Of a stretch of DNA of 64,000 nucleotides, positions 17,817 through 27,598 are shown one piece after another. Under the pieces are notes generated by a model, which was given only the letters and a program-made list of their open reading frames with translations, was not told the origin of the DNA and searched no databases. Origin of the DNA: a virus (lineage: Duplodnaviria > Heunggongvirae > Uroviricota > Caudoviricetes); IMG/VR virus record IMGVR_UViG_3300029935_000001, positions 1 to 64,000 of that record. One strand, 5' to 3'. How positions within the stretch are numbered: position 1 is the stretch's first letter; each line of letters opens with the position of its first letter. Position numbers and translations under genes: made by a program.

Positions 17817-18131
17817 CATGCCCGAGATCACCGGCACCTTTGAGGAAGCGTGGGCAGTAGAGATCATCGAGTCCGAACGGGGCTGGGGGTCGAAGGTCGA
17901 CGAGGTCAAGTATTTCGACAACTTTGACGATGCTGCAGAGTTTGTGGATAAGTTCAACAGCCACAACATTGCAGAGTCGGTCCCAGACTGGTATATGGTT
18001 GCTTCTACGCCAAAACTGGTAAAAATACTCACAAAGTAGTTGACAAGCTAAATAAAAGCTGTATAATAAGAAACATACGCAGCACGCTCTTTACACAATA
18101 GAATACACGGACGGAAGCTTGAGTGGCTTCC

Positions 18132-18259
18132 GTCTACCGAATAAACCGGAGGTAGTGGATTCGAATTCCACACGCCGGACTAAACTTATTCTAACAAGTG
18201 AGTTTAGTCCGGCGGAAGCTCAAGTCTGGTATGAGCACCGGTCTCACGATGTTGGTAGA
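18132..18259 (+). ncRNA. circularly permuted tRNA-like RNA
   Basis: accgg, T arm gtgga-TTCGAAT-tccac, extended loop-closed acceptor, D arm gctc/gagc, ccggt. Confidence 0.7.
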
Positions 18260-18280
18260 GTTTTCTACCAACAAAGATTA

Positions 18281-18399
18281 AGGATGGATACAGCAACTTA
18301 CTCATACTATGAGATTCTACCTGCAGTAACTTAGGGGTAGATAGGGCTGAAGGCAAGCGCACAGCCAGAAAATAACTCAGCGCTCGCAAGCCATCCTGA
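18281..18399 (+). ncRNA. scaffold RNA copy 6 with multi-hairpin payload
   Basis: AGGATGG-ATACAGCAA ... CCATCCT-GA. Confidence 0.65.
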
Positions 18400-18544
18400 A
18401 CAGTTTGTCCAAGTAGCGCCTAACGCAAGCTCTTTGCGCTGCTTTATAGAAGTTGATACCTGCTGTAGCCACTAGCTTGCGCCAAGCTGCAGAAGTGGGT
18501 CAAAAGTCGTTAAATCGATGATAACAGTGTAAGCCTGTTAACAT

Positions 18545-18631
18545 GGGGGGTTGGCAGAGCGGTAATGCCCCGGCCTTGAAAGCCGAGAGACCCGCAAGGG
18601 TGCGTAGGTTCAAATCCTACACCCCCCGCCA
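18545..18631 (+). tRNA. tRNA-Ser(TGA)
   Basis: ccggc-CT TGA AA-gccga, GCCA. Confidence 0.9.
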
Positions 18632-18640
18632 AAGAATAAC

Positions 18641-18725
18641 GCAAGCGTGGCGGAACAGGCATACGCAGTGCGCTCAAAACGCACCGGGGAAACCCATACG
18701 AGTTCGAATCTCGTCGCTTGTACCA
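18641..18725 (+). tRNA. tRNA-Leu(CAA)
   Basis: gtgcg-CT CAA AA-cgcac, ACCA. Confidence 0.9.
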
Positions 18726-18734
18726 AGTTGTAAT

Positions 18735-18821
18735 GCCCAGGTGGTGTAATGGTAGCCACGTCAGATCGAGAGTCTGATGCCCAGCAACAAGGGCGTGGAG
18801 GTTCGAGTCCTCTCTTGGGCA
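18735..18821 (+). tRNA. tRNA-Leu(GAG), C33, no CCA
   Basis: tcaga-TC GAG AG-tctga, long variable arm. Confidence 0.8.
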
Positions 18822-18831
18822 CTCTTTTTTC

Positions 18832-18855
18832 CTCTCTGTAGCTCAGTGGAAGAGC
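18832..18855 (+). pseudogene. 5' half of the original (Arg-type) tRNA
   Basis: ctctctg-TA-gctc-AGTGGAA-gagc; pairs with cagggag at 19803. Confidence 0.8.
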
Positions 18856-18862
18856 TATGTGC

Positions 18863-18934
18863 CTGCCGGAGGCTGAAGGGAGAAGCAACGGACTTCTAAT
18901 CCGTATTATGCCGGTTCGAGTCCGGCCCGGCAGG
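18863..18934 (+). tRNA. tRNA-Arg(TCT), replacement tRNA, no encoded CCA
   Basis: acgga-CT TCT AA-tccgt, ctgccgg/ccggcag. Confidence 0.85.
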
Positions 18935-19681
18935 CACATAGCTTTTACATTCTTGTAATGAACGAAGAATTACAAGAGAAATGAGTTTAGAGACTATTTG
19001 TAATTTTTCTTGTGATTTTTGTTCAACCCAGGCGTTTTTGGGATCGAGATAAAGATCAAAATCGGGAAGATAAAAATCCGGAAAATAATGCCTTGTTCTC
19101 CCAGAATAGTCAACCCACTCGATCGGGCCTGGGCGATCCCATATCACGTCGAGTTCGTCCAACCGTGTGGCGAGGGCATCCTCCCAGGAAGAATCAAAGG
19201 TAAACGATCGGCCTTGTTTATCGATAAAGGTATGTGATTTACTGCAAACTCGGACGTGTCGGGAAGCCAATGCTGCTTTCCTTATATTTTCAATGGCATC
19301 GGGCGAATGTCGCAGTGTGTTATTGAGTTTTTTAGTGGCTAAACTCTTAGCTGGTTGAAAGACATAAGTGCCGTTTTTATGATGCTGTTTGATTTTTTCA
19401 ATAGCCAATTCTCTCGCTTTTGGAGAGGTCAACCGACGAACAGAATCTTGCACCAGCCTGGCAAAGTTCGGATTTTCTCTGCACCAGCGCACATGGCTAG
19501 ACCTTTTCCGCGAGGGTAGCGAAGTGAGATCTTTATGACAAAATTTGCAAAAATCAGATTTTTTTGGATGCTTCCCGCCTGTCAGGCAACTTTTGCTCTG
19601 ATAATGATTTTGTAGAGCACGAGTGGCTATAGTTGTTTTGCAGGCGACGCATGAACAGTAATAAATATTGTTGCTGGGCAT
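18896..19681 (-). CDS. putative homing endonuclease (YFPDFYL..YLDPKN family)
   Basis: CSCxxC N-terminus, PD-(D/E)xK core; C-terminus antisense to tRNA-Arg. Confidence 0.8.
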   Translation of the reverse strand: MPSNNIYYCSCVACKTTIATRALQNHYQSKSCLTGGKHPKKSDFCKFCHKDLTSLPSRKRSSHVRWCRENPNFARLVQDSVRRLTSPKARELAIEKIKQHHKNGTYVFQPAKSLATKKLNNTLRHSPDAIENIRKAALASRHVRVCSKSHTFIDKQGRSFTFDSSWEDALATRLDELDVIWDRPGPIEWVDYSGRTRHYFPDFYLPDFDLYLDPKNAWVEQKSQEKLQIVSKLISLVILRSLQECKSYVPAGPDSNRHNTD

Positions 19682-19780
19682 TTCTTTTCCTAAATGAGAT
19701 AAATGCTTAGAACACCTGGGAATGGGAGTTCCGCGAGGTGCAACATATTTAGTGCTATATCAGTCAGTAGTGAACTTTCT

Positions 19781-19813
19781 TGGTCGGGAGTTCGAATCTC
19801 TCCAGGGAGGCCA
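19781..19813 (+). pseudogene. 3' half of the original tRNA started at 18832
   Basis: gggag-TTCGAAT-ctctc cagggag GCCA. Confidence 0.8.
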
Positions 19814-19879
19814 CTAAATAATAATATGCTAATGAAACTAGTGAAATGCTCCCTTTAGATTTTTCTAAAGGAGAAGAGC

Positions 19880-20230
19880 ATGTCGAGAACACATCGACGC
19901 AAGAACTACGCAACAACCATCTCAAGCTGGGAACACGCAGGTTGCAGGCGCTATGGATTTGACTGGACCCTTGAACGGCGTTGGGTAGGCGAAGGCAAGT
20001 GTATTACCTACCGGCCTCTCACTGAGCGAGAACTGTTTGAACGCTGGTATCGAGAGCATGGCGAAAGCCGCACGGCAAACGAGCGCACGCCAGGTAAGTG
20101 GTACCGAAAACGGCGGTGCCGGCAAAATAGAAGAAAAACTACTTGCGAATTACAAAAATACCTGTATAATAGTGAGTATGAACCCATGGTAGAGCGTAAA
20201 GATCGCTCGCACTTGTGGGATTGGCGTTAA
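19880..20230 (+). CDS. basic Arg-rich hypothetical protein (MSRT.R type)
   Basis: RBS aagga, ORF. Confidence 0.65.
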   Translation: MSRTHRRKNYATTISSWEHAGCRRYGFDWTLERRWVGEGKCITYRPLTERELFERWYREHGESRTANERTPGKWYRKRRCRQNRRKTTCELQKYLYNSEYEPMVERKDRSHLWDWR

Positions 20231-20235
20231 CCAAA

Positions 20236-20310
20236 GCCCTTGTAGCTCAGTGGAAGAGCACTGGTCTTCGAAACCAGCTGCCGGGAGTTCGAATCTCTCC
20301 GAGGGCGCCA
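20236..20310 (+). tRNA. tRNA-Arg(TCG)
   Basis: ctggt-CT TCG AA-accag, GCCA. Confidence 0.9.
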
Positions 20311-20323
20311 CTAATAGACTATA

Positions 20324-20704
20324 ATGATCACACTAAAAGATTACTTGCGTGCAGTTGATTACCGCATCACCGAAGGCTCTGATTACGGATGGAAATGTTA
20401 TGGTCCCGACGCATACTGCCTTGAGGCATGTATTTTGCCAGGACACGACACTTCGGCTAGCGTAATCTTTGATCGTAAGACGCAAGTGGTTTACGAAGTG
20501 ACATTGTGTCTGCCCAACGACCAGTGTTATCGTTGGCTCAACTCCGAGCACGAAGCTAAATATTACAAAGAATGCGAGGCCAAGGGGTACGACCCCGACA
20601 TTGCGTACGATAACGTTCGATACAAGCATACGCTCAGCGAGCTCGAGTTTTTGTGTGTGATTCAACAAGCGTTTTCAACAGGACGTAGCATCCAAGGTGG
20701 ATAA
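20324..20704 (+). CDS. conserved phage hypothetical protein; 3' end overlaps tRNA-Ser
   Basis: ORF track. Confidence 0.65.
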   Translation: MITLKDYLRAVDYRITEGSDYGWKCYGPDAYCLEACILPGHDTSASVIFDRKTQVVYEVTLCLPNDQCYRWLNSEHEAKYYKECEAKGYDPDIAYDNVRYKHTLSELEFLCVIQQAFSTGRSIQGG

Positions 20705-20769
20705 CCAGTCTCGAAAGCTGGGCCAACCGTGATGAACGGTTGATGGTTCGATTCCATTACGTCCTGCCA
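20680..20769 (+). tRNA. tRNA-Ser(CGA)
   Basis: ccagt-CT CGA AA-gctgg, long variable arm, GCCA. Confidence 0.82.
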
Positions 20770-20779
20770 CTGATTTATA

Positions 20780-20870
20780 GGGAAGTGATCCAAGCTGGGT
20801 TTGGCGCTGTTTGGAAAACAGTTGGACCTGTGATGAACAGGTTGCGGTTCGATTCCGCCTCTTCCCTCCA
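20780..20870 (+). tRNA. tRNA-Ser(GGA)
   Basis: gctgt-TT GGA AA-acagt, long variable arm, TCCA. Confidence 0.82.
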
Positions 20871-20876
20871 TAGACT

Positions 20877-21080
20877 ATGACCAAAAAATATATCTACGAA
20901 GCCGTCGAAATCTTTGAAGAAATCCCAGGCGAGCCCGACAGCGTGATGATGAAGATCCCACCGGAGCTAGCCGAGACCCTAGGCTGGCAACCGGGCGATA
21001 CCATCGCGGTGGCCGCCATTGGCGAAAGCATTGAACTGAGGCTTGTCAAGCATGGCGCTAACCCTACTACAGCAGATTGA
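20877..21080 (+). CDS. AbrB/MazE-like DNA-binding protein
   Basis: IPPELAETLGWQPGDTI. Confidence 0.6.
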   Translation: MTKKYIYEAVEIFEEIPGEPDSVMMKIPPELAETLGWQPGDTIAVAAIGESIELRLVKHGANPTTAD

Positions 21081-22040
21081 ACGAGAGCAGGCTAAGATTA
21101 AGCGTGCCGAGTCTAAGATCAAAGATCTCCAAAATTCTTGCCCACACAACCACGAACGCGTACCATATGGGGTAACAACTCGTTACCCGGGCTACGTAAA
21201 GTTCAAATACGGCACTAACACTGGCAACTATGACCCGAGCGAAGACTGCTCCTGGACTAACTATGAATGCACCCAATGCGGCAAGCGCTGGACTGAATAT
21301 TCGCAGGGTTAAAAAGATTGACCGCCGATACATACCGTGCCGAGACTTTGGATACGAATATCAGGTTGACCTGACTACCAACTCGCGATTCATGATAGCA
21401 CAGTGGCTACATAACACGTTCGGCCCGGCGATGCACCACTCTTATCCTCGGGTATTTTATAACAAAAGTTATTGGGCCAAGAACCCGGACTACGGGTTTT
21501 TCAAGGAGCAAAACTGTGTGTTTTTGAGTGAACGGGCTATGACCATGATGGTGTTAGTGTATGCCTAGAACCGAAAATGCCAACTATGAGCTGAGTGTTT
21601 TAATCACTATGAAGCGGTTAGGGTTCCGGCGAGACCAGTTGATCTCGCAGTTAGAAAAGTACATTGCTGCGTGCTTTGAAGATCCAGACCCCACAGAATT
21701 GCAGAACCTAATAAAATTCATTCAAGAAGGAAAAGAAGTATGGGACTAGAATACAAGCAAGTGCCAACCGACCAAGTTGACAACACCGGCACACCATATC
21801 AGTATGCCGAAGTAGACGATAACGGTACAGTCCATGGTTATCGACGCGCCGACGGCGACTGGGACATTCCGATTTATCTGGACCCCAACACAGAAGCGCT
21901 AATAACACGCGCTGCTGCACTCGAAGGTATTTCAGTGTCAGAGTTTATTAACCGAGCAGCAAACGAAATGCTTGCGCAAATGGTCGCTGAGAAAAAAACG
22001 CTATAACCTATAAATAGTTGGACACGGAGGAAAAACGACT

Positions 22041-22550
22041 ATGTCCAGCTATGAAAAAGCATTCAAAGAAGTGATAGGCCACGAAGGCGGATTTACTGAT
22101 AACCCAAAAGATCGAGGCAATTGGACCTCCGGGCAGATCGGGGTTGGCGAGCTCAAAGGAACTAAGTATGGCATTTCAGCAATGGCATATCCGCACCTTG
22201 ATATTCGGAACCTAACTTTAGATCAAGCTCGGGCCTTATACAAAAAAGATTATTGGGACCGAGTTCGCGGCGACGAACTTACTCCGGCAATTGCGCTCAA
22301 TGTGTTTGATGGCGCAGTAAACTCAGGAGTAACGCGCTCGATCCAGTGGCTACAAGAAGCTGTTGGAGTCACCGCCGACGGCTTGTTTGGTCCCCGAACC
22401 ATAGCAGCAGTGCGGTCCCGTAATGACATTGAGCTTGTTGCCCGATACAACAGTCGCCGGCTACTGTTTTTAACTGAAATGAACAAAACCACATGGACTG
22501 AGTTTGGACGAGGGTTAGTTGCCCGAGTTGCTCGAAACTTAGCTCTTTGA
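22041..22550 (+). CDS. endolysin, glycoside hydrolase family 108 with peptidoglycan-binding domain
   Basis: HEGG..DNP.D.G, TKYGI, Y...YW, DG.FGP.T. Confidence 0.9.
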   Translation: MSSYEKAFKEVIGHEGGFTDNPKDRGNWTSGQIGVGELKGTKYGISAMAYPHLDIRNLTLDQARALYKKDYWDRVRGDELTPAIALNVFDGAVNSGVTRSIQWLQEAVGVTADGLFGPRTIAAVRSRNDIELVARYNSRRLLFLTEMNKTTWTEFGRGLVARVARNLAL

Positions 22551-22613
22551 CTTAGTTCTACTTGACAGCAATCCCTGGTTAGCATATACTTGCTTATACA
22601 ACCAGGGATTACT

Positions 22614-22880
22614 ATGACACTTACTAAGCAAGAATTTCTCGACCTGCTACATCAAGGGCCAGTTCAAGTAAAATTCACCAAAGTTGACGGAACTGAACGT
22701 TCAATGGTCTGCACCCTTCAGGAATCGTACTTGCCCGCGCGACCTGCTGCCACAACAAACGCAACTGGGGCTCGGAAGCCTGAGCATATCGTGCCAGTTT
22801 GGTCGATCCTTGACCAAGGCTGGCGTTCAATCCGTGTTGATTCTGTTAAATCTGCTGATCTAATCAACTTTAATGGCTAA
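22614..22880 (+). CDS. WYL_2-like SH3 barrel protein
   Basis: VKFTK.DGTER.M.CT ... W......WRS.R. Confidence 0.7.
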   Translation: MTLTKQEFLDLLHQGPVQVKFTKVDGTERSMVCTLQESYLPARPAATTNATGARKPEHIVPVWSILDQGWRSIRVDSVKSADLINFNG

Positions 22881-24285
22881 TACTACTATTCCCACTCGTC
22901 TATACTGTGTGTTCCGCGCACAAGGCAACGACACCGACGGCCGCACACGCCTAGGCTTTATGTCGCCTAAGACCGACGATGCTGGGTTCGAAAAGCGTCG
23001 GCAAACCCAGCATCGCTGGGCTTACGGCAACGTCGAGTTTGACGCAGCAGGCAAGGGCACTGTAGTTGACCACCGCTGGGAGCATTTTGTTGACGGTACG
23101 CCGCCGCGCCAAGTCAGAGAAACCGCTCCGCTCCAAGCAGACCTATACCCCAAAGAGTTTGACAACGAGCTACTCGAAGGATTTCAAATCGCTAAGTCAG
23201 TGCGGCGTTACGGATGGAACGGTGGCAACACAGTGTGGCGAGTAAGTGACCCGCGCGGCTTCGAACTGGAGATCTCGTCGGCCAACTTTGCGCGCATTGT
23301 AGACTGCACAACGATCATCAATGGCGTGATCCAAGGTAAGTGTATGTGGGGGCGTAACGGCGCGGAGAATATCCTACTGCCCGAAGCGTCGGACGTGTAT
23401 CAAGCGGCAAAGGCCTGGACCCAACGAGTTTCTACCACTGTGTCTCCTAAGGAGCTCAACCCAGGAGACACAGTAGACCTCACCGACGCTAATGCCCAAT
23501 ACAATGGCGCTGCCGTCTACTACGGGCGCTGCTCAGTCGTCAGTCCCCAAGCAACTCAGCGCGAGGACCTGGTCAACAGCATGCGGTCGTTATCGTGGAG
23601 CAGCAGCCGGAGTACCTATCAGTATTTTCATTCTGTCCAGTTCGGCGTGGCGAGCACGGTGATTGAGCGGTACGTTTTCAAGATTGTTGCCACTGGCGAG
23701 TATTACGCAGTATCGACCCCAAAGATTTCCAGCCGCATCGCAGCAGTGGATAAGCCGCTAGACGCCGAAGCCATTGTGCACGAGCTCTCCGGGAAGCCAC
23801 TTAAAGGAAAGTCGTGGTACTCAAAGCATATTCCTTCGATGGTCTACCCAGGTAAGCTGAGTCCTAAGAACATTACGATTCAGCTAGCAAAGGCCAGTAA
23901 GTCGGTGGCCAACGAGTGGTTAGCAAAGCCGCTGCAAGAAGTGGCTCACTCTGCAATTGTCAAGCTCAACAACGAGTTCTGGGGAGTATTTGTTGGTCGA
24001 GAACAATCCGCCAACGGTAGCACTGCGTATAACGCACCATATTGCTACTACGCAGTGAAGCTGAACGTCACTAACACTGGGCTCGAAGCTGTCACGGTAG
24101 ATTCGTCGATTTCAAACCTGTTTGGTGGCGCCAAGTCTCGCTACATGGTGCGGCAAATCTCAGCAGACGAGCTCGCGACGCTAGACTTTTATCAAGTTGT
24201 AAGTTCTCACAAGTCAAAAACTGTCGTGACCGATCAAGTTTCGGCGTTTGCGCTTTCATCTTACTGGATCTTCGCCCATGTTTAA
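22873..24285 (+). CDS. conserved jumbo-phage hypothetical protein
   Basis: 470 aa, DPRGFELEIS motif. Confidence 0.7.
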   Translation: MANTTIPTRLYCVFRAQGNDTDGRTRLGFMSPKTDDAGFEKRRQTQHRWAYGNVEFDAAGKGTVVDHRWEHFVDGTPPRQVRETAPLQADLYPKEFDNELLEGFQIAKSVRRYGWNGGNTVWRVSDPRGFELEISSANFARIVDCTTIINGVIQGKCMWGRNGAENILLPEASDVYQAAKAWTQRVSTTVSPKELNPGDTVDLTDANAQYNGAAVYYGRCSVVSPQATQREDLVNSMRSLSWSSSRSTYQYFHSVQFGVASTVIERYVFKIVATGEYYAVSTPKISSRIAAVDKPLDAEAIVHELSGKPLKGKSWYSKHIPSMVYPGKLSPKNITIQLAKASKSVANEWLAKPLQEVAHSAIVKLNNEFWGVFVGREQSANGSTAYNAPYCYYAVKLNVTNTGLEAVTVDSSISNLFGGAKSRYMVRQISADELATLDFYQVVSSHKSKTVVTDQVSAFALSSYWIFAHV

Positions 24286-25013
24286 GAAACTAATCGAAGT
24301 CTCGGCTACCGCAAGCCTATTGCGTGCTGGTATTTTTACTGCCGGACACTTTTGTATCGACGTGTTTGTGATCGCGCTAATCACTGGCGCCGCCATTGAG
24401 ACAGCCACAGTGGCGTCACTGGTAGGCCCGGTGGTTAACGGGTTGTGGTTCCTAATCATTGACCGAGTGTGGAGTTCCATGCACGCCAAGGACGAGGCCC
24501 AACATCCAGCAAAATTCGACGAGGCTAGATTTTCGTAATAAGTAAGAGACTATGACAGCAAGAAACGACATCACTGGTGATTCCATCCAAACCAAGGGCA
24601 CTTCCGACGCATATCGCGATGGGTGGGATCGGATCTTTGGCAGCCGGCGGCGAGAAGCCGCGTTGGCCGAACTAGCCCAACTGTCTCAAGACCTCGGGCT
24701 TTACGACAGCGAGCATCAATGCGCAATCTGCCGTGACACTGGCCGAGTAGGAATGGGCGATGACTGCCCGGCATGTAAACGAGCACAGTAAGCGCTTTAT
24801 TGTTCAGACCGAAGGCAGACGTGCTCGCGGTCGGTTTGTGCTACGACGTAGTCGGCCGTTCTCGGGTGTAGAGTCAATTGCAGGCGCGGTCCACCACCTA
24901 GCCAGTCATTCGCCACTTGCGCTAAAATGGCAACATGCAGAAAAGAAACTGCTTGCAAGATACGCGCCAAATCTATATACTATGATAAAGTTGGGCATTA
25001 AACGAGAGAGACT

Positions 25014-25838
25014 ATGAGCCGTTATTTTGGAAGCAGCAAGCCAGTTAAGTGGCTGCGCACTAAGTTTGGCATTGAAAAGCCGTACGCACTTGGTTGGGGC
25101 GAATGGGAGGAATGGGAAGATAATCTTAAAAAAGAACGCCCTGTTGCGTTCTTCTTCACCGAAGCGTTGCCCAACGCACTTGCTGGTACAGTAAACTGGA
25201 TCCTAAATCCATTTGAAAATACACGAAACTATATTAGTAACAGGTTCGGCTCGCAAACTCATGTGATGCGCACTGGACTCAAGCCGGGGCAGTGGTACGA
25301 GTTTGATACACGGCTGCTGCACGCAGCATTCAATGAGCTCAAAAACTTTGTTGAAATTGAACAGGCCTGGATGTCGGTGGCGTTTGATGGCGAGGCTCGG
25401 AAAAAGTTTTTGACGCCGTGGTGGAGACGCCGGCGCATTTGGCGAAAGTGGCGTTGCCCCGAAGCCGGGCTTGCCCACCTGGCCTGGGCAAAGACGTTGA
25501 CATTAGACGACTTTAAAGATGCCGGTGACCCTACGCTTGGTGAACCATCGCCTCAGGCCCTGGCAGCACGCGAAACCGAAGAGCTGTACCGTTGGTGGAC
25601 CGAAGTACGTCCAAATAGGCCTGACCCGTGGGAAGCATCAAACCTCACTGAAGTATTTCGCAAGTATACCGAAAAGTACGGAAAAACTTTCCCATTAGGA
25701 ATCACACTTCCTGAAAACGAGCAGCAAGAATATCTTGCTGCTAGTGATTTACAACATGCAATCGACGAAGGCTACGAAAATGAAGACACTGAAATGCTCA
25801 TTCGATTGGTTAAACTAAGGAGGGCACTATGGACTTAA
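25014..25838 (+). CDS. conserved phage hypothetical protein
   Basis: 274 aa, ends EDTEMLIRLVK.R..LWT. Confidence 0.7.
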   Translation: MSRYFGSSKPVKWLRTKFGIEKPYALGWGEWEEWEDNLKKERPVAFFFTEALPNALAGTVNWILNPFENTRNYISNRFGSQTHVMRTGLKPGQWYEFDTRLLHAAFNELKNFVEIEQAWMSVAFDGEARKKFLTPWWRRRRIWRKWRCPEAGLAHLAWAKTLTLDDFKDAGDPTLGEPSPQALAARETEELYRWWTEVRPNRPDPWEASNLTEVFRKYTEKYGKTFPLGITLPENEQQEYLAASDLQHAIDEGYENEDTEMLIRLVKLRRALWT

Positions 25839-26135
25839 AACCAGAAACTCCAGCAGAGGGTGTTATGAAGATGGGCGCGCTCTCAATGTATAAGTTTATG
25901 TGTAATTGCGGATACGAAGACCATGACGTTGTGATGGAGTTCAACGAAGACAAATTTGGTAAAACCGTTACTTTTTATGCCACTACTAGTACCGCATACT
26001 GGCGTGACCAGTTTGGCGCCGATCATGAAGATCGTCTGGTAGTTAAGCAGCTCAAAAAAGTGGCCAACGACGTATATAACCGCGTTGGCCTTGCATGCCA
26101 AGCACTCTTTCGAGGATACGTTAAAACCGAGTCTA

Positions 26136-26968
26136 CTACAATTTTGACTGATCAACAAGCGGCGACACTGGCTGGCCTGCTATCCACCCCTCGTCGCGAG
26201 TCGGGCAAGTAGGACACCGGTTTGATAGTGCTTTAATTTGATTTTGTAGTCGGCGGAGCTCTAGCTTAACATCCTCGTTTTCGGACGCTAACGATTGGTT
26301 AAAATGGCGCAGGCTGTCGATCTCTGCTCGAAGTTCTTTGTTAGCGTTTGACAATTCTTTAATTTGCTCTCGCAACAAAGTAATGATATCAAGCTCAGAG
26401 TTAACCTTGGCAATAGACACTCCGTCTGCCGCAAACATAGCATGAAGTTTTCGAATCCCTAACGCCAACGCGACAATCGCGACTACTACTCCTGAAACAA
26501 CTTCAGCGGCAGAGTTAAACGTAATCCCAGCAAATTCAATCATAATCTATCCGTTATCCGCCTTGTTTTTGAGGTTAAGGGAGTTTTAACCAACACCCAC
26601 CACGATAAAAATGTCAGAACAAGACCTGGTGCTATTGCCGCCGGATACGGATAAATCATCATTGATGCGTGCGTAGCAGTCCACAAAGCGCACCCAAACG
26701 AATTAATGCATACCTTAAACCAGGCAGGAAAGTCGTTTGGGCGGAAAGCTGACGCCATCAGGAGTAGTCCATGCACCGCAAACATAGAAGCCCAAACTTC
26801 TTCGTCAGCAAACTCTGCCATAATATGGTAAACCTGCCGATCAAAAGTATTGCCCTCGGCGAACAGAAACAAGAACCAAAGCAAACTGCCAGCAGCAATG
26901 GAAAATCGCGAAATTCTAAGGTCCATTTGCCAAATGGTGCTAACAATGTTTTTTAACTGTTCTAACAT
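26136..26968 (-). CDS. two membrane proteins (26540-26968 multi-TM; 26136-26543 TM + coiled coil), holin-like candidates
   Basis: Hydrophobic helices, late-type TAAATA upstream. Confidence 0.5.
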
Positions 26969-27598
26969 AGTAATATTTATCAAAGCCAGCTATTTTTAAT
27001 CATGCTGCAGTGCATGATAAATACCACAAATAGGAGTAGATCGTGAGAAAGTTGACCGCAGATTATTTTTTAAAACAAATTGTGCGCAGCAAAACCCCAG
27101 CTGAGTTTGTGAGCTCGTGCACTAAACTCGGTCTTTTTTGGGCAGACCATTTTTCGTACCAGTGGCAACATTTGATAAAAGTTGATAAATATTAACAACT
27201 GCGTGCCAGTGGCGCGCTACGGAGCGCCGCTATGTTTTCTGAGTTTCATATATTCATTCCAGTTCTGCTTGCTGCAATAATTTTAGCAGGTACATGGGCT
27301 ATGTTGTTTTACGTAGTCAAAAAATATTCCCTGCTGCGACGGAGCGACCGCAGAAAAATATCTTATTACGGGTATTCACTGACTGTTCGAACTTTGCATT
27401 CTGTTAATAGTGCAGCCCGTTGCAAAAAATGCGGTGACTATATAGAAAACCATTCGCAAGAAGGCATTGTTTTTTGCTCGTGTAAGGAAATTTTCATCGA
27501 CACTTCTTACGCTTTTCATGTTATTGGCGCCAAAAATCTTGACAACCTGGTGGACTACAGTATAGTATCTATAGATAAATTCTTAGTTGACAAGGACC

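Noticed and set aside
14289-18032. Long alternative-frame and antisense ORFs within rIIA/rIIB
   Set aside because: Typical shadows of biased codon usage; no motifs.
333-20870. Suppressor tRNA or alternative genetic code
   Set aside because: No CTA/TTA/TCA anticodon was found, and long genes are intact under the standard code with all three stops in use.
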